NCBI GenBank assembly: GCA_029855935.1 | Contig: JAGSHN010000022.1 | Coordinates: forward strand, 1 to 64,000 | Length of the DNA stretch: 64,000 nucleotides | DNA from: Candidatus Thorarchaeota archaeon | GTDB taxonomy: Archaea; Asgardarchaeota; Thorarchaeia; Thorarchaeales; Thorarchaeaceae | Direction: 5' to 3' | In this document: positions 1 through 9,120 of the stretch, piece by piece | Layout: every line of letters starts with the position of its first letter | Position numbering within the stretch: the first letter of the stretch is position 1 | Made by a program: the position numbers and the translations under genes | The notes under the pieces: model-generated | Databases searched by the model: none | Seen by the model: only the letters and a program-made list of their open reading frames with translations | What the model was told of the DNA's origin: nothing

Positions 1-183
1 GAGTGGCTGTACACACTTCTGAATTTCAGCGAGGCACTCGCGAACCGCGAGATTGACGAGGCGGGAGAGATTCTGAGGGCGTTCAGCGAGGAGCAGACGA
101 TTCAGGAAGTCATGAACGCGTGCCTGAGCATTGTGGAGGAACGCGAGAAGTCCAAGCGGCTTGCTCGCAAGAAGAAACAGTGA
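1..183 (+). CDS. 3' end of a helical hypothetical protein (partial)
   Basis: Frame 1 is open from the window edge: EWLYTLLNFSEALANREIDEAGEILRAF...RKKKQ*; amphipathic helices. Confidence 0.7.
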   Translation, partial: EWLYTLLNFSEALANREIDEAGEILRAFSEEQTIQEVMNACLSIVEEREKSKRLARKKKQ

Positions 184-367
184 CCTCCTTCTGCTCGACC
201 GACGGTCTGTGATGGAGTACTTCAGTCCTGAGCCCCACCCACGCGAATCGTAGTCCGTCAGGTATGTGACCGTGGTAACAGTGCTCTCGGACGGGACGTG
301 TGACCGTCAGAACGGCCTCTGTCTGTAGAGATGACTCGCACCGCAGTCAGATGAACGAGTAGCGCCT

Positions 368-1630
368 CTACTCTGCAGCACCGACACGAATCTCCGCGCT
401 CTCGACAATCTCAGGAAACGACTCGTCGGGGGAGGAGAGTCTCAGCGTGACAATTCCCGTGCCCAGAGCGACGCCTCGCAAGTAGATCTGGAAACGCATA
501 GTCTCGCCGGTCCCAATGAACTGTATCGTCTTCTCTCTCCCGCCCAGAGATATCTCCAATTCATCAGATGGTTCGATGCTCAGCACGAGGTTGTTTGCAG
601 GACCATCTCCTCTGTTCCTGATATCAACATCCAACACGACCTCGTCGCCAATCTCGCAGCTGATCCTCTTTGGTGAGATTGCCATCTGCACATCGGGCGG
701 GGCCGGTGATATCTCGAACCTGATGACGTTGCTCTGTTTGTGGACGAGTACACGGTCGCCCTCCAATGTCAGGCGGATTGGCCCTACGACGGCCTCGCCA
801 CTCAAGACGGGAGTTATCTCCATCAACCAAGACCCGGTCGTCGAGACCTCGCCGCCTATGTCAGGCTCACGAACGAAGGCGAGACTGTTGGAAAGCGGCA
901 AACGATAGTCCACCACCCTCACTGGGACAGGACACCTGTATCGAAGCTCGAACTCCAGAGGTGTCTTGACGGTGACGAGCTCCTGGGATGGGCCTGCCCA
1001 CTCTACTGCCACCTCGGTCTCCATCGCGTATCGGACTGAGGCCGTGACAAACTCGATGAGGTCCCTCACGCTGTCATCGGTCTTCACAGCAGCCACGGTC
1101 TTGTCCAGAACGTCGGTACGGATGTCGTGACCCTCGCAGAGCACTCCGACGCACATCTCGGCAAGCTTGAACAGACTTGTCTTGTGACCCGAGCGGCTGG
1201 CTCGGCGTTGTTCCATCTTCCGGGACAGATTGATGGCTGTGTCAAACATTCTCGCAGCGAGATAGCACAGCACGGCAGTGGCAAGGGCATCGAGTGACTC
1301 TCGCATCTTGCGCTCGCGCTTGAGATGATCCGAGGCCTCAGCAAATAGCGCGCCGCCATCCGAGAACAGCGCATCGTTGATCATCAATCTCGCAGCATGC
1401 ATCTTCATCTCGGCGGCACGGACGTGGTCATCATCCTCGAGTGCAGCATATGCTGCCTCGCGATAATACTTGACGGCAAACTGTACGTGACCTGCCTCCA
1501 AGAACTTCTCAGCGGCCTTCTCGTACTCGATGCTGGCGTAGTCGGGGTAGCCCTCCTCGAGCTCCTCAAGCGCCTTGTCAATGTGTTTCTTCGCCTTCTC
1601 AACCGGGTCCCGACGTAGGAACTTGAACAT
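368..1630 (-). CDS. SNAP/TPR-like alpha-solenoid fused to two Ig-like (CARDB/ASH-like) domains
   Basis: ATG at 1630 (MFKFLRR). N-half has helical repeats (YEKAAEKF, YYREAAYA, AVLCYLAA); C-half is beta-rich with VLDVDIRNRGDGPANNL and IQFIGTGETMRFQIYL. Confidence 0.7.
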   Translation of the reverse strand: MFKFLRRDPVEKAKKHIDKALEELEEGYPDYASIEYEKAAEKFLEAGHVQFAVKYYREAAYAALEDDDHVRAAEMKMHAARLMINDALFSDGGALFAEASDHLKRERKMRESLDALATAVLCYLAARMFDTAINLSRKMEQRRASRSGHKTSLFKLAEMCVGVLCEGHDIRTDVLDKTVAAVKTDDSVRDLIEFVTASVRYAMETEVAVEWAGPSQELVTVKTPLEFELRYRCPVPVRVVDYRLPLSNSLAFVREPDIGGEVSTTGSWLMEITPVLSGEAVVGPIRLTLEGDRVLVHKQSNVIRFEISPAPPDVQMAISPKRISCEIGDEVVLDVDIRNRGDGPANNLVLSIEPSDELEISLGGREKTIQFIGTGETMRFQIYLRGVALGTGIVTLRLSSPDESFPEIVESAEIRVGAAE

Positions 1631-1700
1631 CAGAGCGACCTCGTCACGCACGTGTCACGCATCGCAGGTGTTTTATCGATTTCGGCACGTTGCAGGATGT

Positions 1701-2906
1701 ATGAGCCAGACCTATGTGTACTGGGAAGATCCCCTGAGAGACACCTTTGACATCAGAGTCATCAGCTGTACTCCGGAGGGCGAGAACTTTCACGTGGAGA
1801 TAGACTCGCCAGTCGCTAGGCCTGAGGGCGGCGGTCAGGCGGGAGATCGCGGGCTTCTCGTCCTGTCCGACGCCGAGGTACGAGTCGTCGACACAGTCGA
1901 GAGAGAAGGAAGAGTCATTCTCGTGACGAAGACCGAGGTCGCGCCGGGTGCATCAGCGAAGCTCCTCATCGATATGGAGTGGAGAAGGGGGATGATGCGA
2001 AACCACAGTGCCGAGCATCTCTTTGTCGCGTCGATGAAGAGGGTACGCGATGTCGAGCTTGGCTATATCTGGATCAGCGGGGAACGTGGGACGGTCGACC
2101 TCCACGGGAAGGACATTACCCTTGACGAGATTGCTCGGGGCGAGCGCGAGGTACAGAGGCTCATTCTTCAGGACCTACCGATGCACAGCAGGATGGTCCC
2201 CGTTGACCAGCTCAGCGAGGAGGTACGTGCGAGAGAGGGCGTGACGCGGCGGCACGGTGAGGTCAGAGTTGTTTCGTTTGGCGACTTCGACAGCTCGGCC
2301 TGCTCGGGGACCCACGTTCTGTCTACTGGTTACATAGGATGCTTCAAGGTCGTCGACTGCAAGCACTTCCCAGACAGGGTCAGGGTTGAGTTCCTCACGC
2401 ACGAGAGGGCGCTCGGCCTTCTCAGTGACGTGTTCAACGTGGTTCTCTCCAGAAAGGACTCCTACCCATTTGAGATTGAGCAGCTGGGGCCGGTACTCGA
2501 CCGGGCCAAGAGGCTCATCCAGCAGAGAGAAGAGCTCGTTCACGTACTGGAGGAGATCATCACCACACAGGCTCCGTCAGAGAGAGTGGGCGACGTCAGT
2601 CTCGTCGCACTCTACCTACCGGGGATGGAGCCCGGTGATCTGCGCAGGCTCGTCAAGCGCATGAGGTTCGATGGCAAGATGGCGGTGTTACTGTTTGCAC
2701 CAGGCAAGAAGTCAAATCTCATCTTTGCAATAAACGACCTTCCTGCCGAGGCGAGAGAGTACATCCAGCCACTGGTCGAACAGAATGGAGGACGCGGCGG
2801 CGGGAGCCGCGAGGTCTTCACTGGAGGGTTCGCGCGGCTTGAGGATCCAAGAGCCGTCTTCAACAGAATAGCAGATGGCCTCCGGGAACGTCTCCGTAGC
2901 GGTTGA
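1701..2906 (+). CDS. alaX: Alanyl-tRNA editing protein, AlaX-L type with C-terminal DHHA1 domain
   Basis: PEGGGQAGDRG, Zn ligands NHSAEH and CSGTH, C-terminal GGRGGGS; ATG at 1701. Confidence 0.9.
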   Translation: MSQTYVYWEDPLRDTFDIRVISCTPEGENFHVEIDSPVARPEGGGQAGDRGLLVLSDAEVRVVDTVEREGRVILVTKTEVAPGASAKLLIDMEWRRGMMRNHSAEHLFVASMKRVRDVELGYIWISGERGTVDLHGKDITLDEIARGEREVQRLILQDLPMHSRMVPVDQLSEEVRAREGVTRRHGEVRVVSFGDFDSSACSGTHVLSTGYIGCFKVVDCKHFPDRVRVEFLTHERALGLLSDVFNVVLSRKDSYPFEIEQLGPVLDRAKRLIQQREELVHVLEEIITTQAPSERVGDVSLVALYLPGMEPGDLRRLVKRMRFDGKMAVLLFAPGKKSNLIFAINDLPAEAREYIQPLVEQNGGRGGGSREVFTGGFARLEDPRAVFNRIADGLRERLRSG

Positions 2907-2973
2907 AAGTCCCTCAGCACGCTGGCCTAGAGCGGAGAGGGGCCCTCGTCACTGGCAACAAGTGACGTGAAGG

Positions 2974-3429
2974 TCACTCAAGCCCGTGCTTCTTCGCAAC
3001 TTCGCTCCAGAACTTCTTGACAGCCCAGGGAATTGCGAAGAACTCCTCCCTGAATGCGTCGAAGTTGAGGCCCTGAACGAGCATCTCCTGAGACGTACCT
3101 ATGACGCCTCGTTCCTCATCAAGGTCAAAGCAGACCTCGGCGTATCGTCTGTTGCAACCCAACAGGTCCAGCAGAACGTCTACCTGTTTCTCATCGGGGA
3201 TCTTGTCCAGCGGGTAGACGTCACAATATACCTGCACCCATCTCTCACCGGGGCGGACGCTCACCACGTACTTGAAGTAGGGTCCCTCCTCGCTCGCCTC
3301 TGCCGACGCTGGCTTCTCGTCCTTTCTCTCAGTGAAGACGAGCTCGAAGGTGCCGGTCTTCTCATTCCACGTGTACTTCATCCTGAGAAGGTCAAGATAG
3401 TCCTGAATCTGTTCCTTAACGCTTGGCAA
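2974..3429 (-). CDS. YbjN/CesT-like chaperone-fold protein
   Basis: 151 aa, acidic; LLDLLGCNRRYAEVCFDLDEE matches the YbjN pattern; TTG start with GGAGAG upstream. Confidence 0.65.
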   Translation of the reverse strand: MPSVKEQIQDYLDLLRMKYTWNEKTGTFELVFTERKDEKPASAEASEEGPYFKYVVSVRPGERWVQVYCDVYPLDKIPDEKQVDVLLDLLGCNRRYAEVCFDLDEERGVIGTSQEMLVQGLNFDAFREEFFAIPWAVKKFWSEVAKKHGLE

Positions 3430-3663
3430 GGCTCTCTCCCAACCTGTCCGTCGTCCTCTCCCGTCTTAAGACTATTGGCGATATGCCGCCTCTGGGGCGA
3501 GACTCTCGCAAGGCCTCTGCGACCTCAGTTTCGAGGTGAATACTTTCGGCCACCTCTGAGCCTAGGACGTACGCGTCCGCTCGGTGGGAAGCAGGGGCAA
3601 GAGAATGTCCAAAGGATTCCACGCATAGAAAGAACACGGAGTGGCAACCGTATCACTGAGGTA

Positions 3664-4776
3664 ATGAAGTTGCTCGTAATGGACCAGCGACGCGCGCAGA
3701 CGCGACTCGTGGAGCCCACGGCAATGCGCTATCACACAGTGTTCACTCCGCCGGGTATCATTGTCGAGCAGATGAGGCACAACCTCGTCATCGCCAGCGT
3801 TCTTGCGACGCCGACCTTCTCCGATCACCTCGCAATATACGACCACCCTCGCGCCTGGAGAGGCCTGAGCCAAAGGGCCATCCTGACCATGCGTGAACAC
3901 CTCTACGCTTTCCAGTTTGTCGTTGACTCGAGGATGTCCGACTACATCGATACCATCCGTTCCCTGCAGACCCTTGCCCTATCGGTCACACCAGTGGCCA
4001 TCGGCGTGGAGGCCGGGCCCCTGCCTCCGCGCCACCTTGTACGCCGTCGTGGACTGCTGCCGACCGGCCCTGCGGTCTCTGCTGTCCAGCTTGAGATTCT
4101 CTCCGAGCCGGAGGCGAGCACTGTTGCCAAGAGAGTATGTGAGAGGGACATTCCTGCAGCCGAGGGCATATGGCGACTGCTCGACTACGACTACACCATA
4201 GATCAGGTCGCGAGGTTTCTGTCACTCGGCATGCTTGGCACTCACTCACGTAGAAGGCTTGTCCCGACACGCGTGGCATACAGAGTAGTCATCAATACGT
4301 TTGCACAGAGGGTGAGGGAGAGGCTGGAGGACCAACCGACGATTGAGAACGTGAGAATCCTGCGCCACACGAATGGCGTGGAGGACATAATCGTTGTGGC
4401 AATGCCCGGTCCAGCGGACGTGAGGTACGTCGAAGTGGACAAGAGAAACGCGAACGTCCCACTGACTGACCTCATCACAAAGACGGACTCTGGATCGGAT
4501 GGTCCGCAGGAAGTACCGACAGCCGAGCACGCGCGCTTCGCCGCGTTCACCCAGATGCTCCGTCTTGGTCTCCAGTGCGACATCGTCCTCCTACACAGGT
4601 TCGTCCGGGGAAGGAGTCAGCTTGGGCCATGGTCCGTGCGGGCTGCAGTGGACGACGCGGTGCGCGATTGTCTTGCAGGCGCGGAAATGCAGGACGTCGG
4701 TCGAGAAGCCGACACCATCACGGACGCACTTGCTCGTCCGGTTCAACACTACTTCTTCAGCCAGTCGGCTGTCTGA
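3664..4776 (+). CDS. Divergent Nre-family DNA-repair paralogue lacking the N-terminal Cys cluster
   Basis: Colinear with NreA at 37671: LSLGMLGTHSRRRLVPT vs FSVGLLGMGKKRRLVPT, LPTGP vs LPVGP, QLGPWSVR vs PLGVWRFR. Confidence 0.75.
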   Translation: MKLLVMDQRRAQTRLVEPTAMRYHTVFTPPGIIVEQMRHNLVIASVLATPTFSDHLAIYDHPRAWRGLSQRAILTMREHLYAFQFVVDSRMSDYIDTIRSLQTLALSVTPVAIGVEAGPLPPRHLVRRRGLLPTGPAVSAVQLEILSEPEASTVAKRVCERDIPAAEGIWRLLDYDYTIDQVARFLSLGMLGTHSRRRLVPTRVAYRVVINTFAQRVRERLEDQPTIENVRILRHTNGVEDIIVVAMPGPADVRYVEVDKRNANVPLTDLITKTDSGSDGPQEVPTAEHARFAAFTQMLRLGLQCDIVLLHRFVRGRSQLGPWSVRAAVDDAVRDCLAGAEMQDVGREADTITDALARPVQHYFFSQSAV

Positions 4777-4900
4777 GTGTCGCCAATACAGTCCGACAAG
4801 GCTTGAGGCCCGATGATACCGCCAACCCGAGCCACTTCATGGTAGTCCGCTCAGCTGGCAGTGACCTAGTTGGTACTGCCCGACATAGGTGATGAGAATC

Positions 4901-4951
4901 ACAGAGAGAGGAAGTCGGAATCAGTCCCCGCGTGAGGGCAGGGACCGATTC
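4901..4951 (-). terminator. Putative hairpin plus pyrimidine-tract terminator
   Basis: gaatcagtccc (4918-4928) pairs with gggaccgattc (4941-4951); C/T tract follows on the minus strand, about 50 nt after the stop at 5002. Confidence 0.4.
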
Positions 4952-5001
4952 TACCGATGCCACATTCTACGTCAGAGGTATGAGGGCCAGCACCCAGCGC
5001 C

Positions 5002-5961
5002 TCAGATCTCCTCCTTGGCCTCCTTCGTCGATGCTGCCTTGTACAGCATACCGAGGCCAACGGCCGCAAATATGGACCCTGACGTGAGTCCACCAGCATA
5101 CCAGAGGCCCTGCTTCAGTGCCAGATAGAACAGGCCAGCACCAATGAGCAGGAACACAAGTCCTCCGGCAAGGGCCGCTGCCCTGAAGGCGAGTGTGCGC
5201 GGGTACTTGCTCTCTATGACATAGCCAGTCGCCGCAGAGACCGAGGCCTTGTAGGTACTCCGACCGTAGCGGTACTTCAGCTCCCACACGGGAACGTGGA
5301 TCAGATAGGCCTCTCCGACCTTGATATTGTCGTCGCGGGACTCGATCTTGTCGACCTCCTCAAGGACAAGGGCCGTCTGCCGGTTGTAGGCCTCCTGCTT
5401 TGCCTGCTCGCGTGCCTGTTCCTCGCTCACCTTGCTGTGCAGGACAATCCCGTCATGTTCCTCAGCGTGTGCGTGACTGAAGTACTCACGCGACCGCGTC
5501 GGAATCGGGAAGCGTTTGATATCCTCGTCGATGTCCTCAATCCCGGGAATGGAGATCTCGTACCGACGCTGGAATCGTCCAGACTCGGGCTTGTAGTAGA
5601 ACTCGATTCTCTTGAAGGCCTCAGGTCGCTGGGGCCAGCGGTCGTAGAACCTGGCGTCCTTTCCAAGTCCCTGGTATCGTGTGTCGGCCTCTACATTGCA
5701 CACCCAAAACGGGTAAAAGACCAGCTTTGCCTCGACAAAGCGTGCTGCGACAGCAAGGTCATCGGGGGCTCCCAGCTGTTTGGAACACCAGTCGAGGAGG
5801 GTGCGCTCGGCGTCGCTCCTGTCAAAGTGGACACGAATCATGTAGTGTTTCTCGAACTTGGCACCCTCAGTGGTCTGTGCAGTGCCGCAGTACGGACAGA
5901 CAAGGAGTATGTCGCCAGGTCCGGTCTCAAACTCAGCTCCACAGAAAGCACATCTTGCCAT
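5002..5961 (-). CDS. YdjG-like zinc-ribbon membrane protein (copy 2)
   Basis: CAFC...CPYCG ribbon, LVFYPFW, IHVPVWELKYRYG, two C-terminal TM helices. Confidence 0.75.
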   Translation of the reverse strand: MARCAFCGAEFETGPGDILLVCPYCGTAQTTEGAKFEKHYMIRVHFDRSDAERTLLDWCSKQLGAPDDLAVAARFVEAKLVFYPFWVCNVEADTRYQGLGKDARFYDRWPQRPEAFKRIEFYYKPESGRFQRRYEISIPGIEDIDEDIKRFPIPTRSREYFSHAHAEEHDGIVLHSKVSEEQAREQAKQEAYNRQTALVLEEVDKIESRDDNIKVGEAYLIHVPVWELKYRYGRSTYKASVSAATGYVIESKYPRTLAFRAAALAGGLVFLLIGAGLFYLALKQGLWYAGGLTSGSIFAAVGLGMLYKAASTKEAKEEI

Positions 5962-5970
5962 TGTATCACC

Positions 5971-7011
5971 TCACCCCCGCTTCTCCCGCTGTGTCATGAA
6001 CAGCACCCTGTAGCCAAAGACTGCAAGTACGATTCCGATGACTGCCAAGAGCCCACCGAGGGCCAACTCCCTGAACGTATCGGCAATCAATGCGAGATAC
6101 GCCATCTGGGCCCCGAAGCCAGCGAGGACCGTGCCAATGAGTCCGACAATCGTCCAGAGCGCCCTCTGGCCCCGAGTTATCGGAATCTCGCCAATCACCA
6201 CCTTGCCCTCGTGACCGTCCATCGCCACCTTGTAGAGGTCACCTTTGTACTTGTAGCGGATGAGGACGAATGGAACCTGAAGGTAGGTGCTGTCACGCAC
6301 CTCGGTCACCGTCCTGCAGTCGAACAGCTCTGTCAGGCGGGACTTTGCCTGTTCCCGGTGCCTGTCGGACACTCGACTGTGTATGGCCTTCTCGAACTCC
6401 TCCTGTCCGATCTCAGCATTAAGGATCGTTGGGTTCAGATCCTTGATCTTCGAGAAGTCGTACTTCTCTGCATCCTTGACATCTATCTGGTTCAGATACT
6501 CCTCCAGACCATAGAAGCGAGCGCCCCTACGAGCGAGGAGTGGCTCGTCGGTCACGGTGTGAATCTCGTCATCCACTGGGACATAGCCGGTCTCGTAGTC
6601 CGTGTATGTTTCCGTGTGTGTCCGTCCATCGCTGTCAGTGACCGTTCTCGTTCTCTGGACCGGTACCTGTACGGTCCTGTAGCCTCTGTATCGCGTGTCA
6701 GCCTTCACTTTCGCTGTCCAGACCGGGACGTAGATGAGCGTATGTTCGACCACCTCGGCCTTATCGGGAAGGTCCTTGTTGATTCCCTTGTTCTTCTCAA
6801 GGAACTTGCGAAATCCTCTGAGCCGGGCCTTCTCATCTTTGGCGGTCTCCATCAGATGGGCACCTATCTCCTTGCCCTCGATGGTCGTCGTGCTACCACA
6901 ATAGGGGCACGTGACAACAACGTCATCCGGGCCGGTCCGCACATTGCCGTTGCAGACGGGACACTTGAACATGTCCACCGACTGTGCTTCCGATCCCATT
7001 TTGCAATACAC
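5971..7011 (-). CDS. YdjG-like zinc-ribbon membrane protein (copy 1)
   Basis: CPVC...CPYCG, LIYVPVW, LQVPFVLIRYKYKG...MDGHEGKV, two C-terminal TMs; tandem paralogue of the 5002-5961 gene. Confidence 0.75.
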   Translation of the reverse strand: MYCKMGSEAQSVDMFKCPVCNGNVRTGPDDVVVTCPYCGSTTTIEGKEIGAHLMETAKDEKARLRGFRKFLEKNKGINKDLPDKAEVVEHTLIYVPVWTAKVKADTRYRGYRTVQVPVQRTRTVTDSDGRTHTETYTDYETGYVPVDDEIHTVTDEPLLARRGARFYGLEEYLNQIDVKDAEKYDFSKIKDLNPTILNAEIGQEEFEKAIHSRVSDRHREQAKSRLTELFDCRTVTEVRDSTYLQVPFVLIRYKYKGDLYKVAMDGHEGKVVIGEIPITRGQRALWTIVGLIGTVLAGFGAQMAYLALIADTFRELALGGLLAVIGIVLAVFGYRVLFMTQREKRG

Positions 7012-7182
7012 CTATCCTTTTGGGGCAGACAAACGGCGATTCCCGACGTGGGCTATTATTACTTGTGGTGATAGTTCCAAGTCCCTCAGGCGTATGGGCC
7101 ATTCCTGCCGTGGACAATCGGGAGACCTTCGCCACTTTTTTATCGCTTCGTTGGAAGGGCTCTCATAGAGAGGCACAGAACG

Positions 7183-7338
7183 ATGTCCGGACCGCAGCCA
7201 GACGAGGAAATCGACGAAACAGAGCTGGATGAGATGGACTACGAGGACTGGGGTGAGGAGGAAGAGTGGGAAGAGGAGGACTGGGGCGACGACGAGTGGA
7301 CAGCCACGTATCGAGACGAGGATGACGATGACTGGTGA
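7183..7338 (+). CDS. 51-aa highly acidic, Trp-rich micro-protein (not in ORF track)
   Basis: MSGPQPDEEIDETELDEMDYEDWGEEEEWEEEDWGDDEWTATYRDEDDDDW*; TATA-like TTTTTTAT at about 7136-7143 and GAGAGG at 7168-7173; fills an intergenic gap. Confidence 0.7.
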   Translation: MSGPQPDEEIDETELDEMDYEDWGEEEEWEEEDWGDDEWTATYRDEDDDDW

Positions 7339-7392
7339 GGCCGCTGGCCATGCGGCCTCTTGCCAGCCAGAGGACCCGCGTCCCCGGGGGAG

Positions 7393-8253
7393 CTAGAAGA
7401 GTCCGTCCTTCATTGCCGTCTGACAGTCACAGCTGGCCTTCTCTGGAATCTTGGGGATCATCTCGAAGGTCAGCTTACGCACGCGCTCAATGTTCGACGC
7501 CATTGTCTTGAGGACCATCTCGTGGGTGACCACCTCGTCACCGTGGACATCGTAGTCGGTCGGCATAGAGATATTGACGAAACAGATCCCGGCCTCACGT
7601 GCCAAGGCCGCCTCTGGGTACGCAGTCATCCCGATGACATCCCAGCCCATCTTGTGGTAAAACATCGACTCTGCACGGGTGGAGAATCTCGGTCCGTTGA
7701 TGCAGACGTATGTCCCCTTCTCGTGGGCCTTGTATCCCAGCTCCTTTGCCGTCTCGAAGGCTATTCTGCGGAGCTCAGGACAGAACGGTTCTGCAAAGGC
7801 AAGATGCGCAACGGGCCCGCCCTCAAAGAACGTGTCCTTTCTCCGGCCGAACGTCCGGTCAAAGAGCTGGTCCGCAATCACAAACTCGCCCAGCTTGATC
7901 CTGTCAGGCTGAAGGCTGCCGCAGGCCGCAGGGCTTATCAGTCTGCGCACGCCGAGGGCCTTCATCCCCCAGATGTTCGCACGATAGTTTATCATATGCG
8001 GGGGGATCCTGTGGCCTCTCGCGTGACGAGCGAGAAAGGCAAACGAGCGGCCCTTCACTGTGCCGACGATGAAGTTGTCTGACGGAGCGCCGTAGGGGGT
8101 GAAGACCTTCACCTCAATGGGATTGTCAATCACTGTCGGGTCGTAGTTGCCGCTGCCGCCGAACATCCCAATCTCGATGGGCAGCAGCGCCTCAAACTCT
8201 TCCTTCTGACTCCTGTCGATTGGTACACACTCGAGCTTCGCCTCAAAGGCCAT
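7393..8253 (-). CDS. mtnP: S-methyl-5'-thioadenosine phosphorylase
   Basis: GGSG, TPYGAPS, ARH, INYRANIW, GPRFSTRAES, GMT..PEA.LARE, TDYD. Confidence 0.93.
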   Translation of the reverse strand: MAFEAKLECVPIDRSQKEEFEALLPIEIGMFGGSGNYDPTVIDNPIEVKVFTPYGAPSDNFIVGTVKGRSFAFLARHARGHRIPPHMINYRANIWGMKALGVRRLISPAACGSLQPDRIKLGEFVIADQLFDRTFGRRKDTFFEGGPVAHLAFAEPFCPELRRIAFETAKELGYKAHEKGTYVCINGPRFSTRAESMFYHKMGWDVIGMTAYPEAALAREAGICFVNISMPTDYDVHGDEVVTHEMVLKTMASNIERVRKLTFEMIPKIPEKASCDCQTAMKDGLF

Positions 8254-8392
8254 CTCCGGTCACATCTCCTCAGGCTCTGCCGATGGTCAACGCTCTCCTC
8301 CATTTATAGATACTGACCACTGGGGCAGGACCGTTTCGATGGGCTGGCCGCCCACAAGATGCCACCGGTCGACGGGACGCTACGAGGCGAAC

Positions 8393-9064
8393 CTAGTCCT
8401 TCTCCTTGAGACGCCAGAGCCCCTTAGGATCGTCCTCAAGATGGCCGAGGTAGACCATATGCTGGCGAACGGTCTCAAGCTCGTCATCCGGAAGAACCAC
8501 GTTATTGTATTCCCGGAGGTGCTTCTTGACGTCACGCAGTGTCATCTCGGTCAGTTTCTCGCCCTTGAAGATCTCAAGGACAAGATGGGTCAGGTCCTCC
8601 ATACGATTCCACGGGAAGATCTCCCATGCCCAGGTGACCTCGACACCGTAGTAGTCAGGAACGAACTTGGAGCCGACTATGTGCATCAGTGTGGCAGAAC
8701 GCACCTCGGCAGGGCCCTTCTCCTTGACGTGGTTCACAGCCATCGTCAGGCTCTCGCCCGTGTCTGTGATGTCGTCAACCACAAGGACGCGCTTTCCAGT
8801 CACATCAGCCGTAAGCGGGCTAGTCAGTCGCGCCTTACCATCCTTCGTCGCGGTGACGCCCCAGTGATCGACCTTCACGCTGTAGAGCTCCTTGACACCG
8901 AGGAGGTCACACTGGATTCGGGCATGTACCCATCCACCGCGCGCTATGCCGACAATCACATCCGGACGCCAGCCCGATGTCTTGATCTTGGCAGCGGTCT
9001 GCGTCGCGTACTTGTAGATGTCGTCAAAGTCTAGAACGTAACAGAGGGGACCTTTCAGCTCCAT
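8393..9064 (-). CDS. Purine phosphoribosyltransferase (type I PRT)
   Basis: IARGG, PRPP loop VLVVDDITDTGESL, PDYY, WEIFPW; ATG at 9064. Confidence 0.9.
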   Translation of the reverse strand: MELKGPLCYVLDFDDIYKYATQTAAKIKTSGWRPDVIVGIARGGWVHARIQCDLLGVKELYSVKVDHWGVTATKDGKARLTSPLTADVTGKRVLVVDDITDTGESLTMAVNHVKEKGPAEVRSATLMHIVGSKFVPDYYGVEVTWAWEIFPWNRMEDLTHLVLEIFKGEKLTEMTLRDVKKHLREYNNVVLPDDELETVRQHMVYLGHLEDDPKGLWRLKEKD

Positions 9065-9120
9065 CGTGCAGCACCATCTGATTCCGGGGCGCACGTAGAG
9101 AGATAATAAATCTGACGACA

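Noticed and set aside
2986-3663. N-terminal 226 aa of the 596-aa ORF
   Set aside because: Largely the antisense shadow of the YbjN-like gene; Nre similarity starts only after about 3664.
4889-4960. C/D box sRNA (GTGATGA at 4889)
   Set aside because: No suitably placed CTGA D box; a terminator-like stem explains the region better.
5296-7071. 591-aa plus-strand ORF
   Set aside because: Antisense to two motif-bearing genes; a typical stop-poor shadow frame in GC-rich DNA.
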